Source of the DNA: Candidatus Saccharimonadota bacterium
GTDB taxonomy: Bacteria; Patescibacteriota; Saccharimonadia; Saccharimonadales; JACDBH01
DNA: 64,000 nucleotides
Assembly: GCA_028289135.1 (NCBI GenBank)
Contig: JAQGGW010000004.1
Coordinates: 758-64,757 of the forward strand
Direction of reading: 5' to 3'
In this document: positions 1 to 7,321 of the stretch, piece after piece
Layout: each line of letters starts with the position of its first letter
Position numbering within the stretch: the first letter of the stretch is position 1
The notes under the pieces: generated by a model
What the model was told of the DNA's origin: nothing
The model's input: the letters and a program-made list of their open reading frames with translations, nothing else
Database searches by the model: none
Translations under genes and position numbers: made by a program

Positions 1-37
1 TATTGTACTCTTTGTTCTCAGTTTTGCTATATATCTC

Positions 38-460
38 TTAGGATCTGCCTCCGACAAGTATTGCTATAACTAATAATAAGAAAAGTACCACGGCAATTGT
101 ACTCGCGGTCTCTCCTGCAAGAAAACGATTGCCAATCTTTAAGTACTTGCCGGAGTAGTTAAGTTTTCCGCCTCTTACATTCTGGTAGCCATACTTTTTC
201 ATGTACTGAAGTGTTCTCTGTAGTTCAAGCCTATCAGCATCATCCTTAGTGATAGTCCCAATATCAATAATCTCAACTGCCTTAATAGGCTTGTACTTCT
301 TAGCCCACTGGGAACTATAGAAGCCGTTCATATGTTCTTTGATTCTATCCTGCGGGTCTTTTTTGGAAGTTATGCCGATGTAGTATTTATTTTGCTCTAG
401 TAACAATACGTATAACCAATAGTGTTTGTTTATTTCGCTGGATCCATTCATTGGATCCAT
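38..460 (-). CDS. GIY-YIG nuclease family protein with C-terminal hydrophobic helix (140 aa)
   Basis: This is the C-terminal part of track ORF 38..793. HYWLYVLLLEQNKYYIGITSKKDPQDRIKEH...YGYQNVRGG resembles GIY-YIG motifs, and the tail STIAVVLFLLLVIAILVG is hydrophobic. I moved the start to the Met at 460 because the in-frame upstream extension runs through a tRNA gene and hairpins. Confidence 0.6.
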   Translation of the reverse strand: MDPMNGSSEINKHYWLYVLLLEQNKYYIGITSKKDPQDRIKEHMNGFYSSQWAKKYKPIKAVEIIDIGTITKDDADRLELQRTLQYMKKYGYQNVRGGKLNYSGKYLKIGNRFLAGETASTIAVVLFLLLVIAILVGGRS

Positions 461-471
461 AATAACAGAAT

Positions 472-490
472 CTGGGGGTGAGGGATTCGA
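472..490 (-). repeat. 19-bp direct-repeat copy of the tRNA-Gln 3' end (CTGGGGGTGAGGGATTCGA); the other copy is at 633..651 inside the tRNA gene
   Basis: Exact 19/19 identity read directly. The copy at 472 has no matching T-stem or 5' acceptor partner, so it is not a foldable tRNA. Confidence 0.8.
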
Positions 491-629
491 CCTTGCCGGA
501 AAATCAAAATTAGATTTTCCAAGGCAACCCGTGCGGGCTTTGGGCGGCCAGAGTCCACAGGACTCTGTCGTTCGAATCCTACAGCTGCAGAGCCATGAAA
601 ATAGCCCACCTTTAGGTGAGCTATTTTCA
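491..629. other. Hairpin-rich spacer between the two repeat copies (unassigned, possibly a small RNA or an integration scar)
   Basis: Three strong hairpins. First, CCTT(gcc)GGAAAATC / GATTTTCCAAGG at 491..524. Second, CAGAGTCC aca GGACTCTG at 549..567. Third, a 21-bp stem with one mismatch, AGCCATGAAAATAGCCCACCT / AGGTGAGCTATTTTCATGGCT, at 591..634. Confidence 0.5.
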
Positions 630-704
630 TGGCTGGGGGTGAGGGATTCGAACCCCCGAATGCTAGTACCAAAAACTAGTGTCTTACCACTTGACGAACC
701 CCCA
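630..704 (-). tRNA. tRNA-Gln (anticodon UUG), CCA encoded
   Basis: The reverse complement reads TGGGGGTTCGTCAAGTGGTAAGACACTAGTTTTTGGTACTAGCATTCGGGGGTTCGAATCCCTCACCCCCAGCCA. It has a 7-bp acceptor stem, anticodon stem CTAGT/ACTAG with loop TT-TTG-GT, T-loop TTCGAAT, and discriminator G followed by CCA. Confidence 0.85.
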
Positions 705-837
705 GTATTGTTCAAACAAAAATCATTAGACCATTGGATTATACCTGTTAAACATGAATTTTTAAAGGGGTAAGAGGGTAGTCGGTTAAACATGTCGGCT
801 TAATAGTTTAAGCATTATCAAGTATTATAAGACTTGA

Positions 838-1692
838 ATGTTTAAAAAATACTACCAGTTAACCAAGCCTGGGATAATTTACGGCAATATTTTAACGGCT
901 ACAGCTGGATTTTTACTGGCTTCTCGCCACCATATTGACGTGCTTTTGCTTCTGGAAACACTGGCGGGGACATCGCTCATCATCGGTTCGGGCTGCGTAT
1001 TTAATAACTACATGGACCGCGGCATTGACGCAAAGATGGCTCGCACCAAAAAGCGGGCTTTGGTCCAAGAAACCATTCCGGTCGCAAACGCTCTTTTGTT
1101 CGGCAGCATTATTGGGCTAATTGGTTTCTGTATACTGAGCGTTTTCACCAGCACATTGGTATTTTACATCGGCCTGATTGGGTTCATAGACTACGTAGTC
1201 CTTTATGGCTACTTTAAGCGCCGTTCGGTCCACGGCACGCTTGTAGGCAGCATATCGGGCGCCACACCGATCTTAGCCGGCTACTGCGCCGCAAGAGGGC
1301 ATTTTGACAGCGGGGCAGCGATTGTATTTTTAATCATGGCCGTCTGGCAAATGCCGCATTTTTACGGGATTGCGATGTACCGTTTCAAGGATTACAAAGC
1401 CGCTGGAATCCCGGTTTTGCCAGTTGCCAAAAACATGCGAGCCGCCAAGCTGCAAACCCTTGTCTACATCATAGGTTTTATAGTCGCCTGTGCCTTGCTG
1501 ACGCTTTATAGCTACACCGGCTATATATTCTTGGGCGTCATGGTCATCGTGAGCCTTATGTGGTTTATAAAAGGGATACGGCTATACAACATAAAAGAAG
1601 ACAGTCTCTGGGGCCGCAAAATGTTTTTGTTTTCGCTCATCGTAGTGATGACGCTATCGGCAATGCTTTCTGTTGGCGCCCGCCTGCCTTAA
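838..1692 (+). CDS. cyoE: protoheme IX farnesyltransferase (heme O synthase)
   Basis: The 284-aa polytopic membrane ORF carries YQLTKPGIIYGN and NNYMDRGIDAKMARTKKRAL, the UbiA-type prenyltransferase motif of CyoE/CtaB. Confidence 0.88.
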   Translation: MFKKYYQLTKPGIIYGNILTATAGFLLASRHHIDVLLLLETLAGTSLIIGSGCVFNNYMDRGIDAKMARTKKRALVQETIPVANALLFGSIIGLIGFCILSVFTSTLVFYIGLIGFIDYVVLYGYFKRRSVHGTLVGSISGATPILAGYCAARGHFDSGAAIVFLIMAVWQMPHFYGIAMYRFKDYKAAGIPVLPVAKNMRAAKLQTLVYIIGFIVACALLTLYSYTGYIFLGVMVIVSLMWFIKGIRLYNIKEDSLWGRKMFLFSLIVVMTLSAMLSVGARLP

Positions 1693-1696
1693 GCGC

Positions 1697-1702
1697 TATA
1701 CT
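1697..1702 (+). promoter_or_regulatory. -10 box TATACT, 7 nt upstream of the ATG at 1710 (leaderless-type)
   Basis: GCTATACTtatatatATG read directly. It follows the same pattern as more than 10 other starts in this window. Confidence 0.35.
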
Positions 1703-1709
1703 TATATAT

Positions 1710-1967
1710 ATGACATTAATCATCCACCTCATCTGCGCGCTCGCGAGCATTATCATCACCAGCCTGACCGTTCTTAGGCCATCAAAGCGCAGGCTAAACA
1801 TGTCCTCGGCCTCTGTATCTGCCACACTTGCCACTGGCACTTATTTGGTCGTCTCGACACATTCCAACTTGCTTAGCTCATGTATGTCCGGCCTATTTTA
1901 CCTAGCGTTTACCGGAGCAGGCATTTTTGCTGCCAGCCACCGCCTCGCCCGCGTCACCAACGATTAG
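1710..1967 (+). CDS. small hypothetical membrane protein (85 aa)
   Basis: Internal Met of track ORF 1560..1967. MTLIIHLICALASIIITSLTV... contains 2-3 hydrophobic helices. The start sits 7 nt after a TATACT box, and the part of the ORF upstream of it overlaps cyoE. Confidence 0.45.
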   Translation: MTLIIHLICALASIIITSLTVLRPSKRRLNMSSASVSATLATGTYLVVSTHSNLLSSCMSGLFYLAFTGAGIFAASHRLARVTND

Positions 1968-1974
1968 TTAAGTC

Positions 1975-1998
1975 GTATGCGATATGCGGATACTTTTT
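1975..1998 (+). terminator. putative intrinsic terminator
   Basis: Stem GTATGCG / CGGATAC with one mismatch, followed by TTTTT. Confidence 0.4.
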
Positions 1999-2001
1999 AA
2001 G

Positions 2002-2532
2002 CTATCTGAGTTTATGACGACCCCCGCGCGTTACAATAACTCCACGTTCACCTACAGCTTTTAGGCTTACTTCTGCCAGAGAAAAGTTACGCTTTGTTTT
2101 CCAGAGAGTCAACATTGCGACGCCGGTAGTATCCGCTCCCCAAACGTCAATGTCTGGGTTAGATTTACGAATCACATCTTCCCCAGTTGCAACTGATGCA
2201 AGTGTCCAAATAAGATTAGCCTTTGCCGAAGTCAAAGGAATACCAGGAGGTGCAAGCTTCGGATCTACGTCTTTTCTATATGCATCAAAAACCTTGCATA
2301 AGTAGCCGAGAGGGCGTGATAAGTCTTTGTAATACTCTGTAAAATGCTCTAAATGAGACGGGTTTACTCCAACAGAACTAACACGCTGGTCAAAGTAGCC
2401 CGAAAAGTTATCATGGCTTAAACCAATTTGCGCAATAACTGTACTATGAAGATCAACTAGCATTTGCGATGCCGCATCTCTGTCATATACCGGAAGCTCA
2501 CTCATGACCTTAAATTTATCACATAACTGCAT
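2002..2532 (-). CDS. hypothetical protein (176 aa; alternative start at Met10, 2505)
   Basis: An ORF on the same strand, directly downstream of the FAD oxidase gene. I recognised no motif. AAGG lies 4 nt upstream of Met10. Confidence 0.5.
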   Translation of the reverse strand: MQLCDKFKVMSELPVYDRDAASQMLVDLHSTVIAQIGLSHDNFSGYFDQRVSSVGVNPSHLEHFTEYYKDLSRPLGYLCKVFDAYRKDVDPKLAPPGIPLTSAKANLIWTLASVATGEDVIRKSNPDIDVWGADTTGVAMLTLWKTKRNFSLAEVSLKAVGERGVIVTRGGRHKLR

Positions 2533-2565
2533 TATATGGTGAGCTACTGAAAATATCTTGAACTT

Positions 2566-4221
2566 CTAAAAATGATCTCTAACGTGGGAGAAGCTGTAGT
2601 CCCAAGTAGCGTTGGCCTTTTTGTGCGGGTTAAAGATGTGGTTTGGGTCAAAAATAACTTTGGTTTTTTTAAACAGCTCAACAATTTCTTTGCCGTACAT
2701 TTCTTCTAGCCATGGGCCGCGGACCAAGCCGTCGTTGTGCTCGCCGCTTAAGGAGCCCTTATACTTCAAAACCAGTTCATTAACTTCGCGCATGCTTGGC
2801 TGCAGCTTTTCGCGCTCGTCTTTTTCTTCTAGTTTCATGAGGGGGATAATGTGGAAATTGCCATCGCCCATGTGGCCGGCAATCGTCGCGAGCAATTTAT
2901 ATTTCTTGATAATAACGCGGAGCTCTGGCAAAAACTGAGGCAAATATTCGGGGTTGATCACAAAGTCGTCAATGTATGGCGCGGTATGTTTGTCCTTGAC
3001 CTTGCTCCGGAGCAACTGGAAGCTTGAGCGGCGCATAATCTGGAATTTGCGCTGTTTTTGCTCGGTGTCGTCGTTTTCAAACAAACATTCATGTTTAAAC
3101 TCTTTCATGTCGGCGCGCAAGGCACTGACTTTTTGGCTAACTTCTTCAGGGGTGGCACCGGTAAACTCAGCCAGCAGAACCATCTTGGGAATACCGCGGA
3201 AAAGCAGCAGCGCGTCGGGAATAAGCTGGAAGGCAAGCTTAATGGTCTCTTTCCAGCCGATTAATTTGTGAAAAGAGAAAAACAGCTTAATGCTTAAAAT
3301 CAGCGTGTAGTTATCAAAGCCCTCAAATGTTGCCGGCTTGTGCGTCATGACTTTATTAATTAGGCTTCCAAGGTCATCTGTACTTTTAAGAAAAATAACC
3401 AAGCTGCCTGAGTGCGGGGTCGACGGCACCAAACGGAAGTTAATATCGGTCGTAAACCCAAGCGTGCCCTGGGCGCCGATGATAATCTGAGTCATGTCAA
3501 AAATGCCGGTTTCGCGGTCCCAAACATCCCACAATTTATAGCCGGTGGAGTTTTTACTCACGTGCGGTTTGGCGGCCTTGATTTTGTCATAATTTGCTTC
3601 AATCAGTTTGTAAAGTTCCTTATACAAATTTCCCTCGTAGTCATTTTGGGCGATTTTTGCGTCCAGGCCGGCTTTATTAAGCGGCTTGACGCTATATTCG
3701 TTGCCATCAGCAAACACCACTTTTAGCTCATTTACAAACTTCTCGGTCTTGCCAAATTCCAAAGACTTTTCGCCGCCAGAGTTGTTGTTAACCATACCGC
3801 CAACCGTACAGAGGTCACGTGAAGCCGGGAAGGGAGGCAGCAGAGCGTGCTGCTTCAGTGTTTCGACTTCAAAATCTCGGTAAAACACACCAGGTTGAAC
3901 CTGGGCGGATTGTGATGAAACAGAGGTGATTTTAGTAAAGTGCTTATTAAAGTCGGCAATGATTGAGTCGTTGATGGCACCACCAGACATATCGGTCCCT
4001 GCGCTGCGGGCAGTTACGCTCAAATTTGGGCTGTTGGCGCGCTCTGCATTAATAGTTTTTATAAGTACTTTAACATCGTCAGTGTCAGTAGGGGAGACAA
4101 TCAACTCTGGGCGAAGTTCAAACAACGAAGCGTCGTGGCTATAAAAATCCTTGGCCGTTGCCGAGTCATCTGTTTCACCTTTAAAACCAGCCGCTTTAAG
4201 CGCAGCAGTAAAATTATCCAT
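2566..4221 (-). CDS. FAD-binding oxidoreductase (GlcD / D-lactate dehydrogenase-like)
   Basis: 551 aa. The N-terminal FAD-binding PCMH-type region contains VTARSAGTDMSGGAI. The C-terminal region GSLSGEHNDGLVRGPW is typical of FAD-linked oxidases. Confidence 0.8.
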   Translation of the reverse strand: MDNFTAALKAAGFKGETDDSATAKDFYSHDASLFELRPELIVSPTDTDDVKVLIKTINAERANSPNLSVTARSAGTDMSGGAINDSIIADFNKHFTKITSVSSQSAQVQPGVFYRDFEVETLKQHALLPPFPASRDLCTVGGMVNNNSGGEKSLEFGKTEKFVNELKVVFADGNEYSVKPLNKAGLDAKIAQNDYEGNLYKELYKLIEANYDKIKAAKPHVSKNSTGYKLWDVWDRETGIFDMTQIIIGAQGTLGFTTDINFRLVPSTPHSGSLVIFLKSTDDLGSLINKVMTHKPATFEGFDNYTLILSIKLFFSFHKLIGWKETIKLAFQLIPDALLLFRGIPKMVLLAEFTGATPEEVSQKVSALRADMKEFKHECLFENDDTEQKQRKFQIMRRSSFQLLRSKVKDKHTAPYIDDFVINPEYLPQFLPELRVIIKKYKLLATIAGHMGDGNFHIIPLMKLEEKDEREKLQPSMREVNELVLKYKGSLSGEHNDGLVRGPWLEEMYGKEIVELFKKTKVIFDPNHIFNPHKKANATWDYSFSHVRDHF

Positions 4222-4460
4222 TACCCTTAAGCTTACCTGTAATTAACCCTTTAAGCAAGATTTAAGATTGAGTAAAGCAATACTCAAAACCTCGAGGAAA
4301 TGAATCTTAGGAGAAAGATCTGGCTATGCCAGTCTTTTTCACGAATGGAATGAACTGTAACCCTGCTAGCAAAGACTTCTAATAAAGTTGCGTTTTATCT
4401 TGGGGTCCCCGCCAAACCTGTTTGGTGGGGTAATTCTTATGCTTTTTGGTTAATATTTTG

Positions 4461-4466
4461 TATACT
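4461..4466 (+). promoter_or_regulatory. -10 box TATACT, 8 nt upstream of the ndh ATG
   Basis: TTTTGTATACTtaagattaATG. Confidence 0.4.
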
Positions 4467-4474
4467 TAAGATTA

Positions 4475-5668
4475 ATGAAGCAAAAACATGTACTCATAGT
4501 GGGCGGCGGCTTTGGCGGCGTCAAGGCAGCGCTTGACCTGGCGGCGCACGAAGAACACTTTAAAATTACCCTTTTATCCGACACAGACGCGTTTAGCTAC
4601 CACCCAACGCTCTACCACACGGCCACTGGCGGCAGCCGCGAAGTCTCAGACATTCCGCTGAAAGAAATCCTGGGCAATAAAAACGTCGAGATAATTTTGG
4701 GGCACGCGGACAAGCTAAACCGCGAAAACAAGACCATCCACACCGAAGATGGCCAAAAACTCAGCTATGACATTTTAATTTTGGCGCTTGGTGCCGTTAC
4801 CAACTACTTTGGTATTAAGGGCATGCAGGAATATTCCTACGGTATTAAATCAATCCAGGAAGCCGAAGAACTAAAAGCGCACCTCCACAAACAACTGATC
4901 GAAGACAAAAAGCCTGACCTAAACTACATCATCATCGGCGGCGGACCAACCGGCGTTGAACTTGCTGGCGCGCTGCCAGGTTACGTAAAGAGGATTATGG
5001 CCCAACATGGATTGCCGGACACCAAGCTCCACATTGACCTTGTAGAAGCCGCTCCGCATCTAATGCCTCGAATGCCAAAGTCTGTGTCTAAAGCCTTTGA
5101 GCGCCAACTGCGTTCACTTGGCATCAAGCTCTACCTCGGCACCCCCGTCCAGGCCGAAACCGCCAACACCATCCTCATGAACGGCAAATACGTCCGCAGC
5201 CACACCGTTGTCTGGACGGCCGGCATTGCCAACAACCCATTTTTTGAAGCCAACGGTTTTATTGTCGCCAAAAACCACAAAGTCCAGGTCGACAAACTGA
5301 TGCAGGCTTGGCCGGGCATTTTTGTCATTGGTGACAATGCCGACACGCAGTACAGCGGCATGGCGCAGACAGCACTCTATGACGCCCATTTTGTAGCCGA
5401 AAACCTAATCCGCCACGCCGCAGGCGAGCGCCCATATGCCTACAAGCCTAAAAAACCGATTTATGTAACACCTGCCGGGCCGCACTGGGCATCGGTTGTC
5501 TGGGGACCGGTACACCTTTATGGCTGGTTGGGCTGGGCAATGCGCCAAGCCGCCGACTGGATTGGCTATAAAGACCTTGAGCCATGGTGGCGCGCTACTG
5601 AGCTGCTGCTGGCCGGAGCCGACCACGAAGACAACTGCCCAATCTGTGCCGCAAACGCCGCCAAATAA
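4475..5668 (+). CDS. ndh: type II NADH dehydrogenase (NDH-2), FAD-dependent pyridine nucleotide-disulfide oxidoreductase
   Basis: Two dinucleotide-binding folds, HVLIVGGGFGGV and IIIGGGPTGVELAG, in a 397-aa protein. Confidence 0.82.
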   Translation: MKQKHVLIVGGGFGGVKAALDLAAHEEHFKITLLSDTDAFSYHPTLYHTATGGSREVSDIPLKEILGNKNVEIILGHADKLNRENKTIHTEDGQKLSYDILILALGAVTNYFGIKGMQEYSYGIKSIQEAEELKAHLHKQLIEDKKPDLNYIIIGGGPTGVELAGALPGYVKRIMAQHGLPDTKLHIDLVEAAPHLMPRMPKSVSKAFERQLRSLGIKLYLGTPVQAETANTILMNGKYVRSHTVVWTAGIANNPFFEANGFIVAKNHKVQVDKLMQAWPGIFVIGDNADTQYSGMAQTALYDAHFVAENLIRHAAGERPYAYKPKKPIYVTPAGPHWASVVWGPVHLYGWLGWAMRQAADWIGYKDLEPWWRATELLLAGADHEDNCPICAANAAK

Positions 5669-5681
5669 ACTGGCTTCCATT

Positions 5682-5715
5682 AAAAACCGGCGCTTTTTGT
5701 TAAGCACCGGTTTTT
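5682..5715. terminator. bidirectional intrinsic terminator between convergent genes
   Basis: AAAAACCGGCGC tttttgttaa GCACCGGTTTTT, a stem with one mismatch flanked by an A-run and a T-run. Confidence 0.6.
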
Positions 5716-5731
5716 AATTTACTAAACTAAA

Positions 5732-6244
5732 CTATTCGGTCTTTGCGGCCTTGGGGCCAACAAACTTTTCGCGTACCTGGAAAATCAGATAAAAGCCAAT
5801 TGCCGAGCCAATTAGTGACGACAAGAAACTGCTGACTCCGCGTCCATTAATAAGCAAAGTAATCACGCTATAAACCACGTTGAGAAGTGATCCTAAAAAG
5901 ATCAAATCCCAGCCAGTTTTTTGGCGTTTGGCGAGTTTGGGGTAGGCCATCAGCAATATTACCGCGTCAACAATCAGCAATATGATGCCAAGGGCAATAA
6001 ATAGTTTGTCTGTCCCGCTGATTCCAATGTTGGTATTTACTACTGTTCCATAGATTGTAACAATACTGTTGGCAACATGCACAAGGCGCCATAAGGCCAG
6101 TGCTGCAACCAGCTGAAGAATGCCAAAAACCAATGCCAACCAAGGCCAGATTTTTACTAAAGTTTCTTTTGTTTTATCTGATAATTTTGGCGCGTTTTTA
6201 TACCAGCCGCCAATTACGGTTTCTGCTTTTTTGACTAACTCCAT
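5732..6244 (-). CDS. hypothetical integral membrane protein (170 aa, about 4 TM helices)
   Basis: Hydrophobic segments include WPWLALVFGILQLVAALALW, LFIALGIILLIVDAVILLMAY and others. No motif recognised. Confidence 0.6.
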   Translation of the reverse strand: MELVKKAETVIGGWYKNAPKLSDKTKETLVKIWPWLALVFGILQLVAALALWRLVHVANSIVTIYGTVVNTNIGISGTDKLFIALGIILLIVDAVILLMAYPKLAKRQKTGWDLIFLGSLLNVVYSVITLLINGRGVSSFLSSLIGSAIGFYLIFQVREKFVGPKAAKTE

Positions 6245-6312
6245 CTAGGAACTCCTCGTTAATAATTACTCTCAATATAGCGCTTAATTCTGAGAATAAG
6301 CAAGTTGGTTTT

Positions 6313-7299
6313 TTACAAGATGAACATCGCATCGCCAAAAGAATAGAAGCGGTAGTTTTCTTTAACAGCATGCTCGTAGATCTTATGCAATTCTTCCACC
6401 GAACCTAAAAAGGCGCTCACCAGCATCAGCAGTGTACTTTTTGGCAAATGAAAATTAGTAATCAGCGAGGCGACAGCTTTAAATTCATAGCCGGGCGTAA
6501 TGAATATGGCTGTGGAGCCTTCTTCTTCGGCAAATGGCCGCTGTGCGCTCTCTAGAACCCGTACAGTCGTCGTACCGACCGCAACCGTGTGTATGGCGGC
6601 ATTCAGCTTGGCCGCGACCTCTGATGTAACAGAGTAGTGTTCTTCGTGCATAATGTGGTCTTTGATCTCATCTGTTTTTACAGGGGCGAAGGTGCCCATC
6701 CCAACGTGCAGGGTAACCTCGGCAAAGTCGTGGGTTTTTTTAATATTTGTTAAAAGCTCAGGGGTAAAGTGGAGCCCGGCAGTGGGCGCTGCCTTGCTGC
6801 CAAGCGGATCGGCATAGACGGTTTGGTATTCTTCGGCCAAAGACTCGTCCTGGGCAATGTAGGGTGGTAGAGGTGTTAGGCGGTGCGGGTCAAAACTTTG
6901 GTCGTCTAGCGTGCGGTCAAGACGGATGGTGCGGATGCCGTCTTCGGCAATGGCGTCAACCGTAAACTTAAAACCTTCAATAATCACTTCGCCAAGGCCG
7001 AATTTTCTGCCAGGGCGAACAAGCGCCGTAATGGTGGTTGGGTTAATGGTTTCCAGCACAAATATCTCTACTTTACCAAACTGCATGCGGCATTTTTCGA
7101 CACGGCTGTTATTTACAACCAGTGTTGATTTGGCAGGCAAATATTTTTCTAGATTGTAAAAATAGTCATCGGTAATTGTCTTGGTTTTGCGGTCATATAC
7201 TAGCAGCCGGGCATGGTCGCGCGGGCTAGCCGGCGTCTGGGCAATCAGGCGCTCAGGCAGCTCAAAATCAAAGTCTCTCAAAGTATAATTCTTAGGCAT
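6313..7299 (-). CDS. queA: S-adenosylmethionine:tRNA ribosyltransferase-isomerase
   Basis: MPKNYTLRDFDFELPERLIAQTP...HFTPELL...HVGMGTF is canonical QueA. The start is set at Met58 of track ORF 6313..7470, because the longer form overlaps the divergent helicase gene. Confidence 0.9.
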   Translation of the reverse strand: MPKNYTLRDFDFELPERLIAQTPASPRDHARLLVYDRKTKTITDDYFYNLEKYLPAKSTLVVNNSRVEKCRMQFGKVEIFVLETINPTTITALVRPGRKFGLGEVIIEGFKFTVDAIAEDGIRTIRLDRTLDDQSFDPHRLTPLPPYIAQDESLAEEYQTVYADPLGSKAAPTAGLHFTPELLTNIKKTHDFAEVTLHVGMGTFAPVKTDEIKDHIMHEEHYSVTSEVAAKLNAAIHTVAVGTTTVRVLESAQRPFAEEEGSTAIFITPGYEFKAVASLITNFHLPKSTLLMLVSAFLGSVEELHKIYEHAVKENYRFYSFGDAMFIL

Positions 7300-7306
7300 A
7301 ACAGAG

Positions 7307-7312
7307 TAGAAT
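7307..7312 (+). promoter_or_regulatory. -10 box TAGAAT, 9 nt upstream of the helicase ATG at 7322
   Basis: GTAGAATatacagtacATG. It overlaps the opposite-strand -10 box of queA. Confidence 0.35.
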
Positions 7313-7315
7313 ATA
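7310..7315 (-). promoter_or_regulatory. -10 box TATATT (minus strand), 10 nt upstream of the queA ATG at 7299
   Basis: The reverse complement reads TGTATATTctactctgttATG. Confidence 0.35.
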
Positions 7316-7321
7316 CAGTAC

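Noticed and set aside
474-595. Possible tmRNA (ssrA) 5' end. GGGGGTGAGGGATTCGACC resembles the tmRNA consensus GGGGnUGA..GGAUUCGAC, and smpB is present in the window.
   Set aside because: No complementary 3' acceptor strand (CACCCCC-ACCA) or T-arm occurs downstream on the plus strand. No tag-like reading frame ending in a hydrophobic/Ala-Ala stop is visible. The same 19 nt is simply the reverse complement of the tRNA-Gln 3' end (633-651). The 3' piece GTTCGAATCCTACAG...GCCA has no pairing T-stem.
38-793. The full-length 251-aa track ORF (minus strand) and the 115-aa ORF at 426..773 (plus strand).
   Set aside because: Both run through tRNA-Gln and the hairpin-rich spacer. Only the C-terminal 140 aa of the minus-strand ORF looks like a protein (GIY-YIG). 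The plus-strand ORF is an artefact of translating RNA and structured DNA.
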